A stretch of DNA of 64,000 nucleotides from Promethearchaeota archaeon (GTDB lineage: Archaea; Asgardarchaeota; Lokiarchaeia; Sigyniarchaeales; SOKP01): contig JAUVNS010000010.1 in the NCBI GenBank assembly GCA_030599585.1, positions 1 through 64,000 of the forward strand, in the 5' to 3' direction. The notes below the pieces were generated by a model. That model was not told the origin of the DNA. It ran no database searches and saw only the letters and a list, made by a program, of their open reading frames with translations. Positions 50,433 to 59,344 of the stretch are shown here, piece by piece (within the stretch, counting starts at the first letter, position 1; every line of letters begins with the position of its first letter). A program made the position numbers and the translations under genes.

Positions 50433-52619
50433 ATGGAAAAAAGAATGGTCGAGAACAAAAAAATAAGTTCAAAAGAATTTGCAGAATTCTTTGGCTTGGG
50501 AACAAATTTTTATAAGGAAACCTCTATATTCTTAAAAAGGCAAGCGCAACTGAATAAAAGTAGTTTTCAAAAGAAGTTTCGTCTGTGGGAATCGGCGTTC
50601 AAAAAAATTTATGGGAAAGAAATTGAACAATCTCTTTTTCTCAAACATTCTTATTATGTTTCGATACTAAAATTAGTAGTATTATTAAGCGCTGATACAT
50701 CTGTAAATAAGACAATCTACGACCATTTTAATCTAAATGAACTTAAATTTTTCTTCACTCCTAAATTGGATAAAGCACTTATTTCTGAGGTGAGAAAATT
50801 TTTAGGAGGCGCAAAGTTAGCTAGACAAGACAATTTTCATGAACTATATCAGCAAGTGTTTCATGTTGCGACGCGCCATAAAATCGGCGAATTTTATACT
50901 CCGTCACACCTTGTTGATAAAATGATAAGTGACTCATATAAAATCGGTTTAAAAACATTAGATCCTTCTTGTGGTTCTGGTAGTTTTTTAATAAAACTCA
51001 TAGTTCGAATTTTTAATTCTAAAAATAATGAATCAGTAATAACCGAAGCAATTGATAACATTTATGGGTTTGATATCAATCCTTTAGCAACGCTCACAGC
51101 AAAGGTGAACTTTTTATTATTATTTTTTGATTATTTCAAAGGAGAAATTAGCAAAATGCCGAGAATTAATATATTTTTAGTCGATTCTCTCTTTCCTGAA
51201 CAATCCAATCCAAAAATAGAAAATGAAATATTAAAACTTAACAAATCTTTTGATTTAATTATTGGCAATCCCCCCTGGCTTACTTATAAAGACATTACTA
51301 ATAAATCGTATCAATTAAAAATCCGTACGTTATCAGAAACATTAGGGATTAAACCTTCAAGCCAGTACATTACGCATATTGAATTGGCTTCTATTTTTTT
51401 CTTCGCAATACCTCTAAAATTTCTAAAAATCAAGGGAATTATATTTTTTGTTATGCCTAAGAGCGTGCTGAATGGAGATCATTGTTTTAAGTTCCGTAGG
51501 TTCTCTATATTTAACACGATCGAAATCTGGGATTTCCCAAATAATTATTTCTTTAATGTTGACCATATCTGTTTGAAAGCTGAATATGTAGGTACAAGAT
51601 CGGAAATAAAGATTACAGACATATATCCGATTAAAGCATGGATATTTAACAGTAATCTCGAACTCTTAGATGAAACAAAATATTCTAGTTTTGAATACGA
51701 CGAAAGAGGAGCTAAAATTATTATGCCCGAAAAAGAGTTGAAATTCTTGGATAGGCTTTCAATAAGCCCGTATAAAGCTAAATTCTTTCAAGGAGCAACT
51801 TTAGTACCTAGAGCACTCGTTTTCTTTAAAATTGATAAAGAAAAGGATAATTTCTTAGAAATATCATCCGATCCGGGCGTAATCATGCGGGCTAAGAAAA
51901 TTTGGAGATACACATTTCAGCAGAAATTGATTGAAAGCAAATTTGGATTTAAGTCTTTTTTAAACAAAGATTTGATTCCTTTTTACATCAAAGAATTTAA
52001 GAACGTCTTCTTACCCGTGGATAGTTCCTTACAGTGGGATGAAAAACTTCTTAATAATAATAAAAAAGCTCTAAGCTTTTACACTGAAATTAATAATTTC
52101 TACAAAAAAAATAAAAAAGGAACGAGTAATATTGATTCACTCTTCTTAAACTTGAATTATTGGAACAAGTTGACGAAACAAGCAAATAATAAACAATATA
52201 TTGTCGTTTACAACGCAAGTGGCTCACGTTTAAAATCAGCTGTTATTGATAACGAAGAACTCGGTATCGTTATTTGTTCTGAAAATTATTACTTTTCTAC
52301 CAATTCACTAAACGAAGCACATTATCTATCTGCAATTTTCAATTCTCCAGTATTATCAAAAAACATTAAGTTGATAAAATCAAGCAGGCACATTCACAAA
52401 AGACCCTTTTCTTTCCCAATTCCTTTATATGATAACGATAACGAGACACATAGAAAATTGGCTAAAAAATCTCGAAAATACCATTCCATCGTACAAGATT
52501 TAGTATTTAATAATAAAAACATAACCGCTGAAAAAGTTAGAATCTTTATCAATCCAAAATTAATTAAACTGGATATTTTAACTAAAAAAGCCATATTTTC
52601 AGATTTAAATTACTCTTAA
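50433..52619 (+). CDS. N6-adenine DNA methyltransferase (gamma class, type IIG/Eco57I-like M+TRD)
   Basis: GEFYTP, LDPSCGSGSF, GFDINP, GNPPW. Confidence 0.85.
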   Translation: MEKRMVENKKISSKEFAEFFGLGTNFYKETSIFLKRQAQLNKSSFQKKFRLWESAFKKIYGKEIEQSLFLKHSYYVSILKLVVLLSADTSVNKTIYDHFNLNELKFFFTPKLDKALISEVRKFLGGAKLARQDNFHELYQQVFHVATRHKIGEFYTPSHLVDKMISDSYKIGLKTLDPSCGSGSFLIKLIVRIFNSKNNESVITEAIDNIYGFDINPLATLTAKVNFLLLFFDYFKGEISKMPRINIFLVDSLFPEQSNPKIENEILKLNKSFDLIIGNPPWLTYKDITNKSYQLKIRTLSETLGIKPSSQYITHIELASIFFFAIPLKFLKIKGIIFFVMPKSVLNGDHCFKFRRFSIFNTIEIWDFPNNYFFNVDHICLKAEYVGTRSEIKITDIYPIKAWIFNSNLELLDETKYSSFEYDERGAKIIMPEKELKFLDRLSISPYKAKFFQGATLVPRALVFFKIDKEKDNFLEISSDPGVIMRAKKIWRYTFQQKLIESKFGFKSFLNKDLIPFYIKEFKNVFLPVDSSLQWDEKLLNNNKKALSFYTEINNFYKKNKKGTSNIDSLFLNLNYWNKLTKQANNKQYIVVYNASGSRLKSAVIDNEELGIVICSENYYFSTNSLNEAHYLSAIFNSPVLSKNIKLIKSSRHIHKRPFSFPIPLYDNDNETHRKLAKKSRKYHSIVQDLVFNNKNITAEKVRIFINPKLIKLDILTKKAIFSDLNYS

Positions 52620-52738
52620 AACGAACCGATGAACTGTAGATATCGAAAAAGTGAATTTTAGAAAAGTTTATCTTTCTTTAAATATTTATTTACTCGATTA
52701 AGAGTGAAAAAGTAAGAACTATTTAGTGAATTAATAAA

Positions 52739-53896
52739 TTGAATTTTGCAGAATTAGGGATTAGCGAACATAACGTTAATGCTTTAAAAAAAATTAATAT
52801 TTTAAAACCCACACCCGTCCAACAAAAGTCTATACCTTTAATTTTAAATGGCCAAAATATCATGGCTCAGGCGAGGACAGGTAGTGGAAAGACTTTAGCT
52901 TTTGTACTTCCAATTATCGAAAATTTGAAATATCAGCCCAATGAGGCTTTAATATTAGTCCCAACGCGAGAGTTAGCGACTCAAATTTACGAAGTAATTA
53001 GAGACTTGGGGAATTCAAAGGTAAAGGCATTTCCAATATATGGAGGTGTTTCTATCAATAACCAAATAACGAAATTGGAGAACGGAATAAGTATTATCAT
53101 CGGAACTCCGGGGAGAATAATCGATTTATACAAAAGAAGAAAGCTAAGGTTAAACGACATAAGATTTGTCGTTGTCGACGAAGCTGATAGGATGTTTGAT
53201 ATGGGTTTTACCCCTGATGTAAAATATATCTTGGATCAAGTCCATACGAATTTCCAATTTATGCTATTCTCTGCTACTTTTGACAACGGAATCAGAGAAT
53301 TAGTAAAGAGATATTCAAAAAATAAATTTGAATTTCTCAATTTGAGTAGAGACCACTTAACTGTTGGGAATACAAGACAATTCTATTACATGATAGATAA
53401 TTATAGCGATAAATTCAAAACTTTTATTAAAGTCATACGAAGAGAAAAACCTAAGCATCTCTTGGTCTTTGTAAACACCAAAAAAACAGCTGCTTGGTTA
53501 ACTAATAGATTAAAATCCCGTGATAATTTCAACTATAGAGTAGAGCTCATTTCGGGGGATTTATCGCAATTTCAAAGAGAAAAGATTTTAAAAGGATTTA
53601 AAAGCCACAAAATCAATCTACTGATCGCCACCGATGTGGCCGCACGGGGCTTAGACATTAACAACATATCCCATGTGTTTAATTATGATATTCCGAAATA
53701 TCCAGAAAATTACGTACATCGAATAGGAAGGACATCACGCATGAATAAACTCGGAGTTGCTATAACATTAGTTGTTAAAGATGAATACGAATACCTCTGC
53801 CACATCGAAGGATTAATTGACAAGGAAATTAAGTTGAGAGTTTTGGATTCCCAAGGAAGAGGAGATCAGGGTCGCTATCATAATCCTTTTTATTAA
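52739..53896 (+). CDS. DEAD-box RNA helicase
   Basis: Q motif, ARTGSGKT, PTRELA, DEAD, SAT, ARGLD, HRIGRT. Confidence 0.95.
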   Translation: MNFAELGISEHNVNALKKINILKPTPVQQKSIPLILNGQNIMAQARTGSGKTLAFVLPIIENLKYQPNEALILVPTRELATQIYEVIRDLGNSKVKAFPIYGGVSINNQITKLENGISIIIGTPGRIIDLYKRRKLRLNDIRFVVVDEADRMFDMGFTPDVKYILDQVHTNFQFMLFSATFDNGIRELVKRYSKNKFEFLNLSRDHLTVGNTRQFYYMIDNYSDKFKTFIKVIRREKPKHLLVFVNTKKTAAWLTNRLKSRDNFNYRVELISGDLSQFQREKILKGFKSHKINLLIATDVAARGLDINNISHVFNYDIPKYPENYVHRIGRTSRMNKLGVAITLVVKDEYEYLCHIEGLIDKEIKLRVLDSQGRGDQGRYHNPFY

Positions 53897-54005
53897 AGCT
53901 AACTGAGAAGAAAAAACTTTTTGATTTACAAAGTTTAATATATAATTATTATTATTAATTTATAAAATTAAACTTGTCTTTAACTATTAAATGAGGTCAT
54001 AAACA

Positions 54006-54620
54006 ATGCCAAGTAGACGAGGAGACGGAACTCTTGTTTTTAAAATTTGTTTTTACGGTCCTTCACTGGGAGGGAAAACGACGGCATTAGAATGGGTGTA
54101 TAACAGGGAAGGTTTAGCCTCAGGTGATATGCAACAAATTCAGGACCCTACCGGGCGAACCTTGTTTTTTGATCGAGTAGTAGCTAGAGTTTCTAATGTA
54201 GTTTTTCAAGTTTACACTGTAGCAGGGCAACGCAGACATAAATTTCAACGTCAAACAGTTTTAAAGGGTACAGACGCTGTGATATTTACATGGGACAGCC
54301 TAATAGATCAGTGGGGCGAGAATATTTGGTCTCTTAAAGAACTACTCAAGTTTTATGGAGATAAATTAATTCCACCAGCACTTTTTGATCCACCTGAAGT
54401 ACCAATAGTTGTTTTAGCAAACAAAAGAGATTTAGAAGATATCGTGGAGATTTCCAAGTTAAGGCAAGTACTGGATACAGCAAAACTTAACCACTGCTTA
54501 ATTTACGAAACTATAGCTATAACTGGAGTTAATGTAAAAAGAGCTTTTGTTTATGCCGCTCGACAAGCTGTGCTTAATCACTATAAGAAACTTTCGGGTA
54601 AATCGATGGAAGCTTTCTAA
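54006..54620 (+). CDS. Small GTPase, MglA-like
   Basis: GPSLGGKT, RTLFFD, YTVAGQ, NKRD. Confidence 0.85.
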   Translation: MPSRRGDGTLVFKICFYGPSLGGKTTALEWVYNREGLASGDMQQIQDPTGRTLFFDRVVARVSNVVFQVYTVAGQRRHKFQRQTVLKGTDAVIFTWDSLIDQWGENIWSLKELLKFYGDKLIPPALFDPPEVPIVVLANKRDLEDIVEISKLRQVLDTAKLNHCLIYETIAITGVNVKRAFVYAARQAVLNHYKKLSGKSMEAF

Positions 54621-54641
54621 TAATTCCATTTTGTAAATATT

Positions 54642-55190
54642 TTAATTTTTGATGTACACAATTTCAGGTACAATTTTATCTTTAGAAATGTTAAGATACC
54701 CATAAGAAGATATTACTGTAAATTTATTATCTATGGGTGTTGTTGTTCCGGGATTAAAGAACAGAATTCCTTTACTTGTTTCATTAACTGGTCTGTGTGT
54801 GTGTCCAAAAATCACAATGTTATACGATGAATTAAGCAAAACTAGTTTTTTAATTAATCTTTTTATTATAATGTTAGGACCACCCATTCCATGAAGCATT
54901 AATACTCTAAAATTGTAAATATTAAATTCTAGTTTCTCTGGTAAAGTTTGCTTTAAATTAGAATCAATGTCCATATTACCTCGAACTGCTACGACTTTAT
55001 CATTTCCAAATATCTCAATGAGTCTCTCGTATACCCCATAAGAGGTGAAATCTCCCATATGAAACACGTAATCAACCTTTCTCTTTTTAAAATCATCAAT
55101 CACAACATCTGGTACTTTATTTGTTCTTTGGGGGACATGCGTATCAGACAATAATCCGATTAGAATTTCTTCTTTATCTGTTTGAATCAA
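54642..55190 (-). CDS. Metallophosphoesterase, YfcE/Vps29 family
   Basis: SDTHVPQR, GD, RGNMD, HG, GHTH, NPG. Confidence 0.85.
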   Translation of the reverse strand: MIQTDKEEILIGLLSDTHVPQRTNKVPDVVIDDFKKRKVDYVFHMGDFTSYGVYERLIEIFGNDKVVAVRGNMDIDSNLKQTLPEKLEFNIYNFRVLMLHGMGGPNIIIKRLIKKLVLLNSSYNIVIFGHTHRPVNETSKGILFFNPGTTTPIDNKFTVISSYGYLNISKDKIVPEIVYIKN

Positions 55191-55239
55191 TTAAAAAACC
55201 TTGATTATATAGATTAAGTTATTTTTAATTCGCGTAAAA

Positions 55240-56166
55240 TTATTCTTCTTGACTTTCCTGCTTTCGTATCCTAAATTTGACGACTTTAAGGGCAAAATTT
55301 ACGATTTCTTCTATATTTTTCCATCGTTCTTCATCTAGTTTTCTTTTCATCCAATAATATAGTTCTTGCTCAATCGGAACGGTTAGATAAATTGGTTGGG
55401 ATAACTGTGCGTCTTGGGAATGGGCTTTATTCATTAGCCAAGAAATGATGTTAGAAATCAATTTGAAGTTATCAGCAGCGTGTATGCCATATAAAGCGTG
55501 AAACCCCGAAAATAGAGACAAATTTCCAATAGCTACGATTTTTCCCAAACCATAATGCCCTATCGCTATTATGGGAAGGCTATCTACGGGTTCGTCAAAC
55601 CATTCCTCTCCGTCAAAAATCTTATGCCAGGCAGCTTCTCTTGAAGAAAAAGCAATTGCAGAAACATCAATGTCTTCAGTTTCGATAGATTCATCGATCT
55701 CAAGGGTACAACCATTAGAGTGAATAATTTGGGTGATATCTCGCGTAATAAAATGTTTTCTAAAATCCTTAATTATTGGACGAGATATGTCCTTTGAAAA
55801 ATTTTCATTATCAAAGAGCTGATCGGGATTGAAGGTAATACCAAAATTTTTAGTTAGTTCATTCAAATTGTTTTTATTTTCGATATCTCCTCCTTTATCA
55901 TTTATAATAAGAAGAGATCCTCCATCTTTAACATATTTGGTTAAGTATTCAATTTCTTCAGCGCTTATATGGGAATCCGCAAATGGAACTCCAATTATAA
56001 ACACATTATAATCTGCTAATTTTTCGTAAGTAAGTCCTGCTTCAATTTTTCCTAACTTTAAATCTGAATTGAATAAATATTCTATAAAATCATTAAAGCC
56101 AGGGTCTTCAATCGTTAACTTATTCTGATGAGAATAATCGAAGCCGATATTATATTCAGTTTTCAT
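55240..56166 (-). CDS. GIFT (GldG/IFT52-like) domain protein with C-terminal RHH-like segment
   Basis: IGFDYSHQN, EIEYLTKYVKDGGSLLI, LNELTKNFGITFN, GLGKIVAIGN, DNFKLISNIISWL. Confidence 0.65.
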   Translation of the reverse strand: MKTEYNIGFDYSHQNKLTIEDPGFNDFIEYLFNSDLKLGKIEAGLTYEKLADYNVFIIGVPFADSHISAEEIEYLTKYVKDGGSLLIINDKGGDIENKNNLNELTKNFGITFNPDQLFDNENFSKDISRPIIKDFRKHFITRDITQIIHSNGCTLEIDESIETEDIDVSAIAFSSREAAWHKIFDGEEWFDEPVDSLPIIAIGHYGLGKIVAIGNLSLFSGFHALYGIHAADNFKLISNIISWLMNKAHSQDAQLSQPIYLTVPIEQELYYWMKRKLDEERWKNIEEIVNFALKVVKFRIRKQESQEE

Positions 56167-56238
56167 TAATCAAAATCCTTGTTATGAATATCAATTAATA
56201 TATGATATTATTTTATTAGATTAAAAATTAATTCAATT

Positions 56239-56598
56239 ATGCGAAAAAAAAATTATAAACAGGTGGAGAATAAACCCGCAGTATTAAGCGATGGCACTCC
56301 AGTCAAAGATGTTTATGTTAGATGGTTAATTGATGATGAGCATGACGGGGCTAAGAATTTTGCGATGAGACGATTTGAAATTAAGCCTAAAACGGAGGTA
56401 CCTCTCCATAGTCACCCCCAAGACCATGAAATTTACATATTAAGTGGTAAGGGTAAGTTTTACAACGATTCTGGAACAGAAGAAACTGTCGAAAAAGGAG
56501 ATGTAATTTATATTCCTCCAAATGAGAAGCATGGAATAACAAATCTTGGTAAAGCAAATTTTGTATTTTTATGTTCAATTCCATATCTTAGTAAATAA
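56239..56598 (+). CDS. Cupin domain protein
   Basis: PLHSHPQDHEIYILSGKG; GDVIYIPPNEKH. Confidence 0.9.
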   Translation: MRKKNYKQVENKPAVLSDGTPVKDVYVRWLIDDEHDGAKNFAMRRFEIKPKTEVPLHSHPQDHEIYILSGKGKFYNDSGTEETVEKGDVIYIPPNEKHGITNLGKANFVFLCSIPYLSK

Positions 56599-56621
56599 TA
56601 CTCCATACGAATTATGATTCT

Positions 56622-59297
56622 TTATTTTTCGTCGTCGTCTACTTCGTCTACTTTGTCTACTTCGTCTACTTTGTCTACTTCGTCTACTTTGTCTACTTCG
56701 TCTACTTTGTCTACTCCGTCTACTTTGTCTACTTCGTCTACTTTGTCTACTCCGTCTACTTTGTCTACTTTGTCTACTTTGTCTACTTTGTCTACTTCGT
56801 CTACTTCGTCTAATTCTACATCTTCTTCTCCTTCTATTACATCTACTTTATCTACTTCGTCGATTTTTGTTGCACATTTACCAATTGCGACCACTGAATC
56901 ATTAGCATAAAGTTTTATTACTCTAACTCCTTTAGCTTTTCTATGAGTAATTCTTATTGTGTCCACAGGCACCCTTATGACTTGTCCTTGCTCTGTACCT
57001 ATTAAAATATCCATAAGTTTAGCAATTTTTATTGCTATAACCTTGTCTTTTTTTGCGGGATTTAAAGTAATATTTTTCACTCCTTTGGCAGCACGACCCG
57101 TTTTCCGATATTCTTTTAAGTAGGTTCTTTGTCCATAACCCTTTTCAGTCAATGTCAGAATAATGTTATCATCATTTACGAGTAAACTATCAATTACTTC
57201 GTCTCCTTCCCTTAATTCTGCGCCTTTAACACCCATGGATGTTCTCCCTAATTGTCGTAATTCTGATTCATCGAACCTGACAGCATAACCTAACTTTGTT
57301 GCGATAAAAATGTCTTGGAGGGTGTTTGAAAGTCTTTTCACACTAATTAACTCGTCGTCAGGTCTTATGCGTTGGGCTCTTACACCCGTAGATTTAAATT
57401 TTGAAAATAGCTTCAAAGGTGTCTTTTTAATTATTCCGTTTTTAGTGGTCATAATGAGCATTTCATTCGTATCAAAATTATGAATAGGAATCATCTCTGA
57501 TATCCTCTCTCCAGCTTGGAGAGATATTAAGTTTATAATTGGCTTTCCTCGAGCCGTGCGCTTTTGTAACATAATTTCGAAGCATTTTAAGGAATATACA
57601 CGCCCTTTAGAAGTAAAAATGAGGATAGTATCGTGAGTATAGCAGACAAACAAATTGTCTATGATGTCTTCCTCGCGTACGGTCATTCCTTTCTTACCGC
57701 GCCCACCTCGCCTTTGAGCGTGGTATTCTTCTACTGAAATTCTTTTGATGTATTGATTTTTTGTAAATATTATAATTGCTGGTACATTTTTGACTAAATC
57801 TTGTCTCATAATCCCTTTAGCATCTTTATCCTCGATAACTTCGATTCTTGTTATCCTTTTATCGCCATATTTTGTATTTAAATCTGTTAGTTCTTGCTTA
57901 ATAATATCTAATCGTATTTTTTTGCTTTCTAATATCTTTTCATATCCTTTAATGCTTTCATTCAATGTCTTTCCTTCATCAACTAACTTCTGCTGCTCTA
58001 AATTAGTCAAACGCGATAAAGGCATGCTCAGAATGGCTTGAACTTGAATATCACTTAATTTGAAGGCGATTTTTAATTTTCCTTTCGCATCGTTAGTATC
58101 TTTAGCACTCTTTATTATTTTTATAACTTCATCAATATTTCTTAAAGCAATTAAGAGCCCTTCAACTCTATGGAGTCGAGCCTTAGCTTTTTTAAGGTAA
58201 AACTGGGTTCTTTTAGTAATAATAATAAGGCGGTGTTCAATGTATTCGTCGATTATTTCTTTTAAATTGAGAATTTTAGGCTGTTTTCCATTGTTAATCA
58301 AAACTAGATTATTTATACTAATATTAGTCTGAAGTCTAGTTCTTTTAAATAAAATATTTTTAAGTATTACAGGTTGAGCGTTTTTTGTTAAATCGATTAC
58401 AACACGCATACCTTTCCTGTCAGATTCGTCTCTTAAATCACGAATATCTTTTAGGACGCCATCTTTAATTAGTCTAGCAATTGATTCTACGAGGGTTGTT
58501 TTGTTCACTAAATAGGGGATTTCAGTAATAATTAGGCTATTTTTATTTCCCTTAGTCTCGAGTTCGACAGTCCCTCTCAAAGTGAGACTTCCGGTTCCAA
58601 TTGAATAAGCAGTGTATATACCGTTTGTATTTATAATGGTTCCTCCAGTGGGGAAGTCAGGACCTTTAATTATCTCCATGAGTTCCTCTACTGATATTTC
58701 AGGATCATCAACGGTGGCCATTATTCCCTGGCATACTTCGGTCAAGTTATGCGGAGGCATAGATGTTGCCATTCCAACCGCAATACCTTTTGTTCCGTTG
58801 ATTAAAAGATTTGGAAGCTTGGCAGGTAAAAACACAGGCTCTTTGAGACTATCGTCAAAATTCGGCTGAAACTCTACAGTTTCATTACCTAGGTCTTCTA
58901 TTAGCTCGTTAGCTATTTGTGCTAACCGTGCTTCGGTATAACGCATAGCAGCGGGAAGATCTCCGTCAATTGAACCGAAATTTCCTTGAGGGTGGATTAA
59001 TGGATATCTCATCGAAAAGTCTTGCGCTAATCGAACTAAAGAATTATAGACAGCAGCATCTCCATGAGGGTGGTATTTACCCATCGTTTCACCTACAATT
59101 CTCGCAGATTTTACATGAGGGGTATTGTAGAATTGATTATTATCTGTCATTGCATATATAATTCTACGATGCACTGGTTTGAGACCATCTCGTACGTCAG
59201 GAATGGCGCGTCCGACGACGACGGACATTGCATAATCTATATAGCTACTCTTCATTTCATCTTTTAGAGAAATCTCTTTAATATTTTCTGCTGTCAT
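56622..59297 (-). CDS. gyrA: DNA gyrase subunit A
   Basis: RAIPDVRDGLKPVHRR, YHPHGD, AAMRY, GyrA-box QRRGGRG, beta-pinwheel repeats. Confidence 0.97.
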   Translation of the reverse strand: MTAENIKEISLKDEMKSSYIDYAMSVVVGRAIPDVRDGLKPVHRRIIYAMTDNNQFYNTPHVKSARIVGETMGKYHPHGDAAVYNSLVRLAQDFSMRYPLIHPQGNFGSIDGDLPAAMRYTEARLAQIANELIEDLGNETVEFQPNFDDSLKEPVFLPAKLPNLLINGTKGIAVGMATSMPPHNLTEVCQGIMATVDDPEISVEELMEIIKGPDFPTGGTIINTNGIYTAYSIGTGSLTLRGTVELETKGNKNSLIITEIPYLVNKTTLVESIARLIKDGVLKDIRDLRDESDRKGMRVVIDLTKNAQPVILKNILFKRTRLQTNISINNLVLINNGKQPKILNLKEIIDEYIEHRLIIITKRTQFYLKKAKARLHRVEGLLIALRNIDEVIKIIKSAKDTNDAKGKLKIAFKLSDIQVQAILSMPLSRLTNLEQQKLVDEGKTLNESIKGYEKILESKKIRLDIIKQELTDLNTKYGDKRITRIEVIEDKDAKGIMRQDLVKNVPAIIIFTKNQYIKRISVEEYHAQRRGGRGKKGMTVREEDIIDNLFVCYTHDTILIFTSKGRVYSLKCFEIMLQKRTARGKPIINLISLQAGERISEMIPIHNFDTNEMLIMTTKNGIIKKTPLKLFSKFKSTGVRAQRIRPDDELISVKRLSNTLQDIFIATKLGYAVRFDESELRQLGRTSMGVKGAELREGDEVIDSLLVNDDNIILTLTEKGYGQRTYLKEYRKTGRAAKGVKNITLNPAKKDKVIAIKIAKLMDILIGTEQGQVIRVPVDTIRITHRKAKGVRVIKLYANDSVVAIGKCATKIDEVDKVDVIEGEEDVELDEVDEVDKVDKVDKVDKVDGVDKVDEVDKVDGVDKVDEVDKVDEVDKVDEVDKVDEVDDDEK
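56634..56804 (-). repeat. 19 x 9-bp coding repeat (VD-K/E/G/D) in the GyrA tail
   Basis: gtctacttt / gtctacttc arrays. Confidence 0.9.
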
Positions 59298-59344
59298 ATT
59301 TACAACCTTAATCTAAATTTTTAATAAAAAAATAAATGAACAAA

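Noticed and set aside
49825-52619. PLD nuclease + MTase as a restriction-modification pair
   Set aside because: The PLD-fold protein lacks the HKD catalytic motif
56614-56910. Ser/Thr/Leu-repeat ORF on the + strand
   Set aside because: Antisense of the GyrA tail repeat
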